Shown here in pieces: positions 41,414 to 51,289 of a stretch of DNA of 64,000 nt (position 1 is its first letter; every line of letters begins with the position of its first letter). The stretch is from Candidatus Aceula meridiana (GTDB lineage: Bacteria > Omnitrophota > Gorgyraeia > Zapsychrales > Aceulaceae). The notes below the pieces were generated by a model. The model made no database searches. It had not been told where the DNA came from and saw nothing but the letters and a program-made list of their open reading frames with translations. The DNA is taken from NCBI GenBank assembly GCA_030765185.1, contig JAVCDE010000024.1:379538-443537 (forward strand). The letters are read 5' to 3'. Position numbers and translations under genes: made by a program.

Positions 41414-42169
41414 TTAAATTTTTAGCATGATGACGGAAAGGATGCGGCCGGTATCCTTTCCGTCTCTACGATAAGAAAAAAACTGTTTATTACAATATGT
41501 GCATACTCTCTTATCATAAATATTTTTAGGCACCACGCCAAGTGATGCTAGTTGCCTCTTGTTGGCTGCGGCGTTATCGAAATAAAACTTTCCACCTTCT
41601 AAAACGGTATCTTCTGGGAAGCGCCGCAAAAAAGTTCTATCAGTCTCAAAGCAACACACATGCATCGCTGGTCCAAAAGCAACTTTAACATCTTTGTATT
41701 GTGTGCGGTACTTGCGCTTCATGGCTTTCAGAGCGTGGATGACAATTCTTTTATCTGTAGATTTCCACCCTGCGTGAACGATACCAATAGCTTTGTGTTT
41801 TGAATCGTAAAGAAAGACCGGGAGACAGTCCGCAGTGCGGACTGTAAGCGCAACGCCAGGGATATTTGTTATTGAGGCATCAGCTTTAAGAATTTCGGCT
41901 TGATGCGGCCTTCCTAAAACAGTACGACGTCCATGAATTTGCTGAATGTTAAAAAGCGCTGCGCTATCTAAGCCGGCATGACTCTTTAAAAATATTTTTT
42001 GCGCGCGATTAAGAATAGGCGTGCTTTTTTTAAAATGAAAATCCGCTGCCCTATCGGTTGTAAAGGCGAGAATGTTTTTTGGGAAAATTTTCTCAAACGT
42101 AACGATATGTTTCACAATATTAAACTTTATTTGGAAACTCTTTTTGTTTGGGCTCTGGGACGAAATCAA
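41414..42169 (-). CDS. pgeF: YfiH/PgeF family (DUF152) purine nucleoside phosphorylase / peptidoglycan editing factor
   Basis: AFTTDR, ...HGRRTV, ...ADASIT, ...ALTVRTADCLPVFLYD, ...GIVHAGWKST and a C-terminal CTYC...YFSYRRDG. The annotated start overlaps rmuC by 50 nt; the true start may be later or non-ATG. Confidence 0.7.
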   Translation of the reverse strand: MISSQSPNKKSFQIKFNIVKHIVTFEKIFPKNILAFTTDRAADFHFKKSTPILNRAQKIFLKSHAGLDSAALFNIQQIHGRRTVLGRPHQAEILKADASITNIPGVALTVRTADCLPVFLYDSKHKAIGIVHAGWKSTDKRIVIHALKAMKRKYRTQYKDVKVAFGPAMHVCCFETDRTFLRRFPEDTVLEGGKFYFDNAAANKRQLASLGVVPKNIYDKRVCTYCNKQFFSYRRDGKDTGRILSVIMLKI

Positions 42170-43229
42170 TAACCTCTTTTTCCTCTAAAGATGATAGATT
42201 TCCTTTTTTGTGTCCCTCGATCTTCTTGATATGAGCATCGAGTCTTTTAAAATTTTTATCGTTAATGTCGTCATACGTGCTGCCTGTTTTCTTAATAGCA
42301 TCCCCGAGGCCTTGAAAGCGATCTTTGAACCTGTCATATTCTTTAGAAAAAAGATTGATCGTTTCAATAATCTTTTTAATCGAATTCTCATAATGAAAAT
42401 TCTCAAAAGCCTGTCGGATAATCGAAAGCATCGCATACAACGTAAACGGTGAACAGAGGACAACTTTCTTCAAAAGGGCCTCATCCATAATGCTAGCATC
42501 GTTTTCCTGAATAAATCCATAAACTTGTTCGTTGGGGATAAAAAGTAAAACAAAATCCAGCGTGCCCTCTCCTGGATTAATATAATCACGATTTTGAATT
42601 TCTTTAACGCGGTTGCGTGCATCAGTAATAAAAGTTTTTTTATACATATCCTTTTGAGCTGCATCAGGCGCATTAACCATGTTCAAATAGCTATTGAGAG
42701 GAAACTTTACATCCATGTTGATTTTGTGCTCATTAGGAAGAAAAAAAGTATAATCAGGCTTACTCGTTGAGGAATCCATCTTTTTTTGTTTTTTATAGTT
42801 CTTCCCCTCTATCAGGCCACAAAGCTGAATAATATCTTCAGCCATACGCTCACCCCATTCGCCTCGCTTTTTGACATTGCCTAAGATGCTCGTTAAATGA
42901 TTTGTTGTCTCCTGTAGCTTAGATGTCGCCTGGGACGCGCTTTTAAGCTCGTTAGAAAGATTCCCATATTTTTCCGCACGATCTTTTTCGAATTCACGCA
43001 CCATCTGGCCATACTTGTTAAGTTCGTCTTTCAAGTCCTTTAAAGAATGTTCGACAGATCTCTTTCTTTCATCGAGTTCAGAAGTAGATTTTTCTTCCAA
43101 TTGCTTGCGAGAAAAATCAAACTCTGTTCGAATTTCCTTCTTGAGAAGCTCCTTTTGAACAAACAACATAATTACAAATCCTAAAAGGACGGCTAATCCT
43201 ACTAAAATAATCAATACCGATACGCTCAT
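42120..43229 (-). CDS. rmuC: DNA recombination protein RmuC
   Basis: An N-terminal TM helix is followed by a long coiled coil. The C-terminal RmuC nuclease-like domain has GEWGE, PDYTFFLP, ...NMDVKFPL and DFVLLFIPNE. Confidence 0.75.
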   Translation of the reverse strand: MSVSVLIILVGLAVLLGFVIMLFVQKELLKKEIRTEFDFSRKQLEEKSTSELDERKRSVEHSLKDLKDELNKYGQMVREFEKDRAEKYGNLSNELKSASQATSKLQETTNHLTSILGNVKKRGEWGERMAEDIIQLCGLIEGKNYKKQKKMDSSTSKPDYTFFLPNEHKINMDVKFPLNSYLNMVNAPDAAQKDMYKKTFITDARNRVKEIQNRDYINPGEGTLDFVLLFIPNEQVYGFIQENDASIMDEALLKKVVLCSPFTLYAMLSIIRQAFENFHYENSIKKIIETINLFSKEYDRFKDRFQGLGDAIKKTGSTYDDINDKNFKRLDAHIKKIEGHKKGNLSSLEEKEVIDFVPEPKQKEFPNKV

Positions 43230-43238
43230 AGTCTATTC

Positions 43239-43616
43239 CTAATCTTCCTCTTGAATAATAACGGGTTGGTCTTCTTGTACGGTTTTTAGAATTTCCCAAT
43301 CATCATCAAGCTTTCCAATAAGATTAATTGCTGATGCAGGGCGAATCTCGCCGGGCTTGCTTACAGGTGTTGCCCCAAAAAAGATGCAAAAACAATCTCC
43401 TTCAGGCCAATAGCCTAAATCACCTAATTCTGCGGTTTCAGATGAAAAGCCTTCTTCAAGCTTTGCCTTAACCGGAATTTGAAAATAAATCTCTTTGCCC
43501 CAAGTCGAAATAAATGACTTGATAGGCAAAGCATCCCAAATCAGGCCTGCTGCTTGTGACCCGTTAAGCTTGGCGCGTACCTTTATGTCTCCTAGTTGAA
43601 TAACAATATTTTTCAT
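43239..43616 (-). CDS. Cyclophilin-like DUF3830-family protein
   Basis: The pattern IKVRAKLNGSQAAGLIWDALP...WGKEIYF..PVKAKLEE...ELGDLGYWPEGDCFCIFFG.TP matches the DUF3830 cyclophilin-like consensus as I remember it. Confidence 0.45.
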   Translation of the reverse strand: MKNIVIQLGDIKVRAKLNGSQAAGLIWDALPIKSFISTWGKEIYFQIPVKAKLEEGFSSETAELGDLGYWPEGDCFCIFFGATPVSKPGEIRPASAINLIGKLDDDWEILKTVQEDQPVIIQEED

Positions 43617-43721
43617 GGTCCTTATAGTATCTTTAACGATCCTATTTCTGTAAAGTCTTTTTTATCCGCTTCATAAAACTCGAGAAGCAATAAAGACCTT
43701 TGGGGAAAAGTCCATAGGGCT

Positions 43722-44882
43722 TTAAGTCGCGCGGTGGATCGAACGCTCTCCAAACTTATCTTTGATGTTATCAACCGCTTTATGGACCCGCTCCTTCCTG
43801 TCTTTTCCTTTATCTTCAAAAAGGTTTTCTTGAATGTAAAGATTCTTAAAATTTGTAACCCTCACCCCTAAAAGACGAATAAAGGTTCCTTGCGTATATA
43901 AGCCTTTAAAAAGACCTTGGGCCGTCATAAAAATATCTTCAATAAAATTAGTGGATTCAGGCAAAGTTAAAGCGCGCGTATATGTTTTAAACCCCTTAAG
44001 GCGAACTTTAAGAGTAACTGTCCTGCCTTTAAGCTCATCTTGACGCAAGCGCCTGGAAACTTTTTCGCTTAAATGAAGGAGCGTTTTATTAACAAGCTCT
44101 TTATCGCTAGTATCTTTTTCAAAAGTATGCTCATGGCCAACTGATTTAACTTCTTCATCAAAAACAACGTCTCTCTCATCAATACCATTGGCCAAATTAA
44201 AAAGATGATCGCCATGTTCGCCAAGGTCATCAATTAAGCGTTCGCGCGAAACTTTAGCCAGATCTCCAATCAAATAGATACCCTTTTGATTTAAAAAATT
44301 TTTTGTCTTAGGTCCCACACCCCAAAGTTTTTCTATTGGTAACGGCCATAAAAAATTAAGGACATCCTCCTGCGCAATTTCTAGGAGCCCATCGGGCTTA
44401 CACAAATCTGAAGCAATCTTGGCTACCATTTTAACAGGGGCAATGCCGATCGAGGCTGTTAAACCGGTTTCGCTATGAACACGTTCTCGAATCTTCTGAC
44501 ATGTGTCCTTTGGCGTTTTATAAAAATGATAGGTCCCTGTAATATCTAAAAAAGCTTCATCAATGCTAATAGGTTCGATGTCTGGCGTAAAATCATAAAG
44601 AATACGAAAAATCTGGTCAGAAATTTCCGAATACCGACTGTGGCTGCCTCTTAAAAAAGCAGCCTGCGGGCACAAACGATAAGCCTGCGAAATAGGCATC
44701 GCGGAATGAATGCCGAATTTACGCGCCTCATACGAACACGTTGAAACAACTCCTCGCCCTTTTCCCTCTTTCGGGTCTGCGCCAATGACAACAGGCTTAC
44801 CCTTCAAGCGCGGATTATCATTTTGTTCAACAGCGGCAAAAAAGGCATCCATGTCCATGTGAGCAATGATTTTTGTGGACAT
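43722..44882 (-). CDS. dinB: DNA polymerase IV (Y-family translesion polymerase)
   Basis: IAHMDMDAFFAAVE, ...KPVVIGA, ...RGVVSTCSYEARKFGIHSAMP, ...SIDEAFLDITG and little-finger domain motifs. Confidence 0.9.
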   Translation of the reverse strand: MSTKIIAHMDMDAFFAAVEQNDNPRLKGKPVVIGADPKEGKGRGVVSTCSYEARKFGIHSAMPISQAYRLCPQAAFLRGSHSRYSEISDQIFRILYDFTPDIEPISIDEAFLDITGTYHFYKTPKDTCQKIRERVHSETGLTASIGIAPVKMVAKIASDLCKPDGLLEIAQEDVLNFLWPLPIEKLWGVGPKTKNFLNQKGIYLIGDLAKVSRERLIDDLGEHGDHLFNLANGIDERDVVFDEEVKSVGHEHTFEKDTSDKELVNKTLLHLSEKVSRRLRQDELKGRTVTLKVRLKGFKTYTRALTLPESTNFIEDIFMTAQGLFKGLYTQGTFIRLLGVRVTNFKNLYIQENLFEDKGKDRKERVHKAVDNIKDKFGERSIHRAT

Positions 44883-44907
44883 TGGACAATGAAAATCAGA
44901 AACGATT

Positions 44908-45051
44908 TATTTTTTCTCTAAAAGTTTAATGATTTTATCAAGTCTCCATAAAATCATTATCGGAACAACAATCGCCCAGATAATAATAGCAGCTTTCACT
45001 AACATAAAATACGACATGCTGCATCCTGATCCCATCGTTGGGCACATCATC
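44908..45051 (-). CDS. 47-aa hydrophobic small ORF (MMCPTMGSGCSMSYFMLVKAAIIIWAIVVPIMILWRLDKIIKLLEKK), possible small membrane protein
   Basis: Own translation of the 184-bp gap between the endoIII-like gene and dinB. A single predicted TM helix; no RBS check was done. Confidence 0.2.
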
Positions 45052-45066
45052 AGCAACCTCCTTGTT

Positions 45067-45747
45067 TTAGGTTAAAATAGGGGTTAAATAATTTAACGGG
45101 CACCTCTTACAAAGCGGCTTTCTCTTGCAAAATTTTTTTGCCAGGTGAACAATCAAAGCATGGTACTCATTGAAAAGCTTTGTGTTCTGTATTAAAGATT
45201 TCATAAATATTTCCTGGACCTCATCATATGTAGCATCTTTTAAAATAAGTTTATGCCTTAAAAGAATTCTTTTCGTGTAAGCATCAACAACAAAAAACGA
45301 CTTGTTTAAAGCATAAAGCAAAATAGAATCTGCGGTTTCAGGGCCAATGCCATTGACGCTAAGCAATTGCCTACGAAGCAACTGGCTATCTTCTTTTGCC
45401 ATCGTAGAAATCCGGCCGCTGTACTTATCAAACAAGAAATCAATAAAATTCTTTAAACGCCTAGCCTTCACATTAAAATAACCGGCCTGCCTAATAACTG
45501 CTGCCAAACGCTTATGAGATATATTTTTAAGCTTTTGAGGATTAAGCAATTTCTTTGTTTTAAGATTCTTAATAGCTGCAGCCGTATTAGTCCAGTTGGT
45601 GTTTTGCACTAAAATCGCACCCACAACAACCTCAAAAGGTGTTTTTGCCGGCCACCAATGCTGGGGCCCAAATTTGACAAAAAGCGTTTTATAAATCTTT
45701 TTTAAAACAGCAGGCCTTATTGTGACTCGGCTTGGCGATGTTCCCAT
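45067..45747 (-). CDS. Endonuclease III-like HhH-GPD base-excision DNA glycosylase
   Basis: PFEVVVGAILVQNTNW with the helix-hairpin-helix LLSVNGIGPETADSILLYAL, then the catalytic Asp in ..VVDAYTKR. C-terminal Cys cluster CKRKPLCKRC. Confidence 0.65.
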   Translation of the reverse strand: MGTSPSRVTIRPAVLKKIYKTLFVKFGPQHWWPAKTPFEVVVGAILVQNTNWTNTAAAIKNLKTKKLLNPQKLKNISHKRLAAVIRQAGYFNVKARRLKNFIDFLFDKYSGRISTMAKEDSQLLRRQLLSVNGIGPETADSILLYALNKSFFVVDAYTKRILLRHKLILKDATYDEVQEIFMKSLIQNTKLFNEYHALIVHLAKKFCKRKPLCKRCPLNYLTPILT

Positions 45748-46100
45748 CTTAATAACTTTCCTGACTTGTCAAAGTAGAGATAAACTTTTTCTGAACCCCA
45801 CATCTTTGCATAATATCGATAAAGCCACAAGTGGTCATATTCTTGGCCTTCTCTCGAGTCTTTTCTAAAAACAGGCTCATCAAAATCTTTTAAAAAATCA
45901 TCTTGAGTTTTATAATTAGTGATCTCTCCGGACTTAACAATTTTAAGAAGGGCTTCGAACTTCGCATCTTTTTGCTCAACATGCTTCTGCTTCAAATCCC
46001 CATCTTTTGAGTACGCCTGAACACGCTTAATTTCGCTAACATGGCGCGCAGCGCATCCGCTTAAAGTAAAAATCAGAAATAATATCAAATATTTTTTCAT
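45717..46100 (-). CDS. Small lipoprotein of unknown function
   Basis: Start at the internal Met MKKYLILFLIFTLSGC (lipobox LSGC). Confidence 0.5.
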   Translation of the reverse strand: MKKYLILFLIFTLSGCAARHVSEIKRVQAYSKDGDLKQKHVEQKDAKFEALLKIVKSGEITNYKTQDDFLKDFDEPVFRKDSREGQEYDHLWLYRYYAKMWGSEKVYLYFDKSGKLLRWEHRQAESQ

Positions 46101-46119
46101 AAGCTTTTGTCTCCTTATA

Positions 46120-46368
46120 TTACCACCGAAAATGAACAAAGATTCTTCCAAAATTCTTATCATCCTTTTCTATCCTATGATAAACGTTTTTGTACCCTTT
46201 TTCCAGGAATCTTAAAACATGCTTCTTTAGTTGCCCTGAGCCTTTGCCGGGAATAATTTCAATGAGCTTAATACGTTTATCCTGAGCCTTTTGCATAGCC
46301 TCAGCAATTGCTCTCTCAATCTTATCAGAACTGCCATAGATAGAATGTAAATCGACCTTGAGTTTCAT
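46120..46368 (-). CDS. Smr (small MutS-related) domain protein
   Basis: VDLHSIYGSS...A...IIPGKGSGQLKKHVLRFL is Smr-domain-like. Confidence 0.6.
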   Translation of the reverse strand: MKLKVDLHSIYGSSDKIERAIAEAMQKAQDKRIKLIEIIPGKGSGQLKKHVLRFLEKGYKNVYHRIEKDDKNFGRIFVHFRW

Positions 46369-48305
46369 TTTTTAATTGCTCGGTTTTCTTCTAAAAGTTC
46401 TTCAATTTCATTTTCAATCTGACGAACACGCTTTTGGATAAATTTTAAACGCTGGCCGTATTCTTTGAGTGTCTGTGGATCACGCCGGCTTTGAAAATCA
46501 GAAAGAACACGCGCCTTGATGTAATTTTCATTCTCTAAACCTTCTTTTTCCTTCTCAAGTATCTTTATTTTCTTTTTGTTATCAGCAACCTTCTTTAAAG
46601 CCTCTTTGTGTTTTTGATGAAGCTTATCCACTGCCGAATTGACGGGCCCTTTTTGCTTCTTTGTTTTTTTATCTTGCTTTTGTTTTTCTTTTAGCTCTTT
46701 CTGAGTTTTAGAGTTTTGTTCATCTTTTTCCTGACGCTTGCCAAGATAATAGCCTAATCCTCCATAAAAATGCCTTACCTGTCCATGGTCAACCTCGACA
46801 ATATGATTGGCGAGTTCTTTGACAAAAAACAAATCGTGGCTAATAAAGCATATCGTTCCCTCGTAAGCCTTAAAAGCCTTGGTTAGGGCCTCGACTCCAT
46901 CGATATCTAAGTGTGTTGTCGGCTCGTCTAAAAGAAGAAAATTGGGCGGGCTAATCAAAAGCTTGGCTAAAATAACACGGCTTTTTTCTCCACCGGACAA
47001 AATCCTAACTTTTTTAAAAACATCATCATCATGAAAGTTAAAAAGGCCTAAAAGGCTTCGGGCCTCTTGTGCTCGAACGCCGGCTTGAGCCACCGCACAA
47101 ACTTCCTCTAAAACAGTTCTCTCAGGATTTAAAACATCCAGTCGTGTCTGCGAAAAATATCCTAGATCAACCTGATGTCCAAGCCGCCTGTTGCCACCTT
47201 CAAAATCAAGGACACCGGCAAGTATTTTTAAAAGCGTAGACTTTCCGGCTCCATTCTCGCCAACTAAGCAGACACGTTGACCACGTGTAATTTCAAAATC
47301 TAAACCTTGATAAACACGCGTGTCTCCGTAGGACTTATTAATTTTATTGAGGGTTATTGTGTTGTAACCACTTCGCCTTGCTTGCGGAAATTCAAAATCT
47401 TTCATGCTCTTTCGGTGCTGGTCAAGCTCAAGAGATTCCATACGTTCAATCATCTTGCGTTTATTACGCACAGATGCCGCGCGGTTAGGTTGCGCATGAA
47501 ACCGTTCACAAAAACGTTCGAGCTGCAGCTTCTTTTTCTCAAGCACCTTCTGTTTCTTTTCTAAAGTTATCTGTTCTTGAGCCTTAGTTTGCTCATATTC
47601 TGCGTAATTTCCTTTAACCTTAACGATGCGCCCATTTTCCAAAACAATGGTATAGTTCGTAACATCGTTTAAGAAAATCTTATCATGGGAAATAATAACA
47701 AAGGCGCCCTGATATGAGGATAGAAAATCTTTTAGCCAAAGCGTGGCATTAAGATCAAGATAATTAGTAGGCTCATCGAGGAGCAAGACATCGTAATGAT
47801 ACGTCAAAAGCTTCGCTAAAAGTGTGCGCATTTGCCAACCGCCTGAAAGCTGAGACACAGGCTTATGAAAGTCACGGCTGTGAAACCCAAGCCCACTCAA
47901 AATCTTTTCTGCCCTATGCTCTAGTTCATAAATCCCAAGCTGCTCGAGCTCATGCAAAACATCCCCATAACGCATCGTATGGGCCTTATCTTCTTCCTCA
48001 AGCTTGTGCTTTTCTTTTTGGAGCTTGATGATCCTGTCATCACCGGAGGTAAGCTCTTCGAGAACGGTCCTCTTTGATGGAAAAGAAGATTCTTGCGGCA
48101 GGTAACCAATGTTGATATTTTTTTGAATTTGCACCTCTCCGGCGGTTGACTCCATCTCTCCTCTTATAATAGAGAAAAGCGTAGTTTTTCCTGTACCGTT
48201 AGCACCGGTTAATCCAATCTTTTCATTGCGATAAATGCTAATCGAGATATTCTGAAAAAGCGTACGGTTAGCGAATCCTTTTGAAAGATTATTAATGGTA
48301 ATCAT
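46365..48305 (-). CDS. ABC-F family ATPase (two ABC cassettes, no TM domain, C-terminal coiled coil; Uup/YheS/EttA-like)
   Basis: Two Walker A sites (GANGTGKTT, GENGAGKST), two LSGG signatures and a K/E-rich C-terminal tail. Confidence 0.8.
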   Translation of the reverse strand: MITINNLSKGFANRTLFQNISISIYRNEKIGLTGANGTGKTTLFSIIRGEMESTAGEVQIQKNINIGYLPQESSFPSKRTVLEELTSGDDRIIKLQKEKHKLEEEDKAHTMRYGDVLHELEQLGIYELEHRAEKILSGLGFHSRDFHKPVSQLSGGWQMRTLLAKLLTYHYDVLLLDEPTNYLDLNATLWLKDFLSSYQGAFVIISHDKIFLNDVTNYTIVLENGRIVKVKGNYAEYEQTKAQEQITLEKKQKVLEKKKLQLERFCERFHAQPNRAASVRNKRKMIERMESLELDQHRKSMKDFEFPQARRSGYNTITLNKINKSYGDTRVYQGLDFEITRGQRVCLVGENGAGKSTLLKILAGVLDFEGGNRRLGHQVDLGYFSQTRLDVLNPERTVLEEVCAVAQAGVRAQEARSLLGLFNFHDDDVFKKVRILSGGEKSRVILAKLLISPPNFLLLDEPTTHLDIDGVEALTKAFKAYEGTICFISHDLFFVKELANHIVEVDHGQVRHFYGGLGYYLGKRQEKDEQNSKTQKELKEKQKQDKKTKKQKGPVNSAVDKLHQKHKEALKKVADNKKKIKILEKEKEGLENENYIKARVLSDFQSRRDPQTLKEYGQRLKFIQKRVRQIENEIEELLEENRAIKK

Positions 48306-49117
48306 AAACTTTTAAGACTTTCAAGTTCCTTTGATGTTAATTTACGCCACGCGCCGGTCTTTAAGCTTCCCAAAATTAAAGGGCCTTGCTTTTCTCTCCT
48401 AAGGTAAATAACTTTGTATCTCAAGGCAGAAAACATTAAACGGATTTGCCGCTTGCGGCCTTCATGAATCGTCATGCGCAAAGATATTTCTCCCTGGATC
48501 GACCTAATATCATCGATACGGCACGGAAAGGTTTTCTTCCCTTCTAGGATAATACCTTTTTCTAGCCTTATTTTATCTTTTGTCTTTAAAGGTTTTGAAA
48601 TAGTCACAAAATAAACTTTATCAATATTAAATTTTGGATGCGTTAATTTATGCGCTAAGTCACCGTCGTTGGTTAAAAACAAAAGTCCTTCAGTGTTTTT
48701 ATCAAGCCGTCCAACAGGATTCAAATGTTTCAAGTTCTGAGGCAAAATATCTATAACTGTTTTCTTTGCAAAAGGATCTTTCAACGTTGTCGTAACATCG
48801 ACCGGCTTATTTAAAAGAACATAATCAAATTCTTTCTTTGTGACAGGCTTACCTAAGAAAGAAACTTTATCACTTTCTGATGTGCCATACGACGGCTCCT
48901 TAACAACTTGACCATTAACGCTGACCTTTCCGTCTTGAATCAGTTCCATAGCGCGGCGGCGCGAGCAGACGCCGCTTCTTGACAAGAAAACCTGAAGACG
49001 TATTTTTTTATCCGTCCTTCGTGAAAGATTAGAAGAATTGTTCTTCGCTTCAAAGGACGTTCGCCTATCCATAGCTTTAGTCATGATGGCTCCGTTTTCG
49101 TTGACGGATGGCTTCAT
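48302..49117 (-). CDS. rluB: 23S rRNA pseudouridine synthase, RluB/RsuA family (S4 domain plus catalytic domain)
   Basis: S4: RLQVFLSRSGVCSRRRAMELIQDGKVSVNG. Catalytic: LLNKP...PVGRLDKNTEGLLFLTNDGDLAHKL. Confidence 0.75.
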   Translation of the reverse strand: MKPSVNENGAIMTKAMDRRTSFEAKNNSSNLSRRTDKKIRLQVFLSRSGVCSRRRAMELIQDGKVSVNGQVVKEPSYGTSESDKVSFLGKPVTKKEFDYVLLNKPVDVTTTLKDPFAKKTVIDILPQNLKHLNPVGRLDKNTEGLLFLTNDGDLAHKLTHPKFNIDKVYFVTISKPLKTKDKIRLEKGIILEGKKTFPCRIDDIRSIQGEISLRMTIHEGRKRQIRLMFSALRYKVIYLRREKQGPLILGSLKTGAWRKLTSKELESLKSL

Positions 49118-49892
49118 AAATAATAACGGACGTTGTTACAGATACGTTTAGGGAATCCGCTTTTCCCTTCATTGGAATTCTTACTTTTTGGTCAGCCTTC
49201 ATTTGCCATATTTTAGATAGCCCTTTTTGCTCATTACCCATGACAAGAGCCAAAGGAATGTTCATGTCAACGTCGGCATAATCTTTTTCAGCATCAGGCA
49301 AGGTTGCGCAAATAAGGATTTGATGATCTTTCAGAAAATCAATCGCCTCTTGGCTCGTTGCTTGTATAACAGGAATGGAAAAAACTACTCCGGTACTCGC
49401 ACGAACAACATTTGGATTATAAATATCCGTTATGCCATCACAGATAATAAGTCCATCAACGCCCGCCCCATCGCATGTTCTTAAGACGGCTCCAAGATTT
49501 CCCGGCTTTTCCAACCCCTCAAGGATAACTAGCAAAGGTTTCTTGCCAAGCCTTAGATCAGCCCATGTCTTTTTTGGCTGAAGACATACAGCTAAAATGC
49601 CTTCATTGCGCTGCCCGAAACAAATCTTTTCAAAAACATTATCTTCCACGTCAAAAATATCTTCAATATCTTCGCTCACCTGCATTTGAAATTCTTGATT
49701 AGCATCTTGCGCTAGAAAATCCTTTGAGAAATAAATTTCTTTAAAAACAATGCCTGCCTGCTTTGCTCTTGAAATCTCTCTTTTGCCTTCCACAATCATA
49801 AGGCCGGTCTGATCCCGATGCTTCTTATCTCGAAGCTTCACTACGGCTTTAATGTGCGAATTCTGTAGGCTTGTAATCTCTTGACTTAGCAT
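49077..49892 (-). CDS. rlmB: SpoU/TrmH-family rRNA 2'-O-methyltransferase (RlmB-like)
   Basis: LMIVEGKREISRA, ...LEGLEKPGNLGAVLRTCDGAGVDGLII and ...VRASTGVVFSIP. Confidence 0.75.
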   Translation of the reverse strand: MLSQEITSLQNSHIKAVVKLRDKKHRDQTGLMIVEGKREISRAKQAGIVFKEIYFSKDFLAQDANQEFQMQVSEDIEDIFDVEDNVFEKICFGQRNEGILAVCLQPKKTWADLRLGKKPLLVILEGLEKPGNLGAVLRTCDGAGVDGLIICDGITDIYNPNVVRASTGVVFSIPVIQATSQEAIDFLKDHQILICATLPDAEKDYADVDMNIPLALVMGNEQKGLSKIWQMKADQKVRIPMKGKADSLNVSVTTSVIIYEAIRQRKRSHHD

Positions 49893-50695
49893 TACAACAA
49901 TTCCTGACCGGTTAAGAACCTAAAAATAGTCTTTGAAAGTATTTCTTCAGATTCTTCATAGCTTGTATTATGACCACCTTTAATTTCCACAAATTCCTTA
50001 GGTTTGACAGCCGCATCAAAAAGCTTCCTTCCTAATTCAAACGGCACCACCTCATCATCGCGGCTATGAAGAAACAACTTTGGAATTTCAATTGTCTTGA
50101 CTTTTGCCTGCGAATCCATCTTTGTTGATATCAAAATTGATGGAACAAAAGGATAAACTTGTTTCGCGATATCTTTTGCTGTTGAAAAAGACGAGTCAAC
50201 AATCAAAGCTACTAAATCACGATGCGTTGCCAAGTCAATAGCGGCAACTCCGCCTAATGATGCCCCATAAGCAATAATTTTGTCCTTCTGGATATCGTGT
50301 CGTGTTAAAAGATAATCATAGGCTGCACGGGCATCCTTATACAGACCCTCTTCTGTGGGTCGTCCATCACTTTTTCCATAGCCGCGATAGTCAACAATAA
50401 AAACATTAAGGCCTAGGTTGTGAAACAAATTAATTTTATGAAGACGGTGGCTAATATTGCCTGCATTGCCATGGAAAAATAAAAGTGTAGACTCTGCCGT
50501 TAGATTTTTAATAAACCATCCGTTTATCAAAATTCCATCTTCGGTCTTAAAATAAATATCTTCGTATTCAAGTCCAATGTCGTTTGGACGATCTGTAATT
50601 TCTTTCTCAGGATAAAAAATACTAGTTTGTTCAAGATACTTAACAGCCAAAATAAAAATAACAATCGAAACAATAAGAATTACAAGAAATTTCAT
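49892..50695 (-). CDS. Alpha/beta hydrolase (membrane-anchored)
   Basis: N-terminal TM helix. FHGNAGN with the nucleophile elbow GASLGG, plus conserved Asp/His positions. Confidence 0.65.
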   Translation of the reverse strand: MKFLVILIVSIVIFILAVKYLEQTSIFYPEKEITDRPNDIGLEYEDIYFKTEDGILINGWFIKNLTAESTLLFFHGNAGNISHRLHKINLFHNLGLNVFIVDYRGYGKSDGRPTEEGLYKDARAAYDYLLTRHDIQKDKIIAYGASLGGVAAIDLATHRDLVALIVDSSFSTAKDIAKQVYPFVPSILISTKMDSQAKVKTIEIPKLFLHSRDDEVVPFELGRKLFDAAVKPKEFVEIKGGHNTSYEESEEILSKTIFRFLTGQELL

Positions 50696-50708
50696 AAAAC
50701 TCCTTTTC

Positions 50709-51098
50709 CTATCCTTTTTGTTTAATTTGACTAGCCATAATATCGACAGCCTTCAAGACAGTTTCTATGGTGCAAGGCTTGGTAATGTAGTGATCAGCTT
50801 CAAGAGAAAATCCCTTTTTGACATCTTCTAGCTCGCCTAAAGCAGAAATGATAACAACCGGTTGCCATTTATCCGGTGAAGGGTTTTCCTTGAGTCTTTT
50901 TAGAATTGTTAACCCATGCATTTCCGGCATAATAAGGTCTAACAAAACAATATCAGGATTATCTTCTTTAATTTTATCCCAGGCTTCTTGGCCATTTTCA
51001 GCGCTTACAACATCATACCCATGACCTTTAACAGCTTTTACCATCACCTCCAAAATGTCTGGTTCATCATCAGCGATTAATACTTTGAGTGTTTTCAT
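50709..51098 (-). CDS. Stand-alone response regulator receiver domain (CheY-like)
   Basis: A 129-aa protein: VLIADDEPDI, ...DIVLLDLIMP (phospho-acceptor Asp context) and ...YITKP. Confidence 0.75.
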   Translation of the reverse strand: MKTLKVLIADDEPDILEVMVKAVKGHGYDVVSAENGQEAWDKIKEDNPDIVLLDLIMPEMHGLTILKRLKENPSPDKWQPVVIISALGELEDVKKGFSLEADHYITKPCTIETVLKAVDIMASQIKQKG

Positions 51099-51289
51099 GG
51101 GCTATCTCTTTGTCAGAATCGAGGGGCAACCTGTGGCTGCCCCTTCTTGATCCCTCGGCGGAAATCCTCAGGTTTCAACAAGGAATGAATATTCTGCTGC
51201 CTCGGGAGGGAATCCCTAATTTAGCAGCAGCGCCATATAATATATTGTTAAAAAAATGTCCCGGATTTTGTTCAGGGGTTCCACTAAAA

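Noticed and set aside
43622-43819. A 65-aa minus-strand ORF overlapping the 3' end of dinB
   Set aside because: It lies in an alternative frame of the well-supported dinB gene and has no motifs. It is a shadow ORF.
44883-45066. A second LexA operator upstream of dinB
   Set aside because: No ACCACACA or TGTGTGGT half-site is present there or elsewhere in the repair gene run. SOS control of dinB cannot be inferred from this window.
51099-51289. SRP (4.5S) RNA or a sigma54 promoter in the GC-rich gap upstream of the response regulator
   Set aside because: The conserved GGAAGCAGCC-type SRP domain IV motif and the TGGCAC-N5-TTGC sigma54 element are not matched. Only generic GC-rich hairpins are present.
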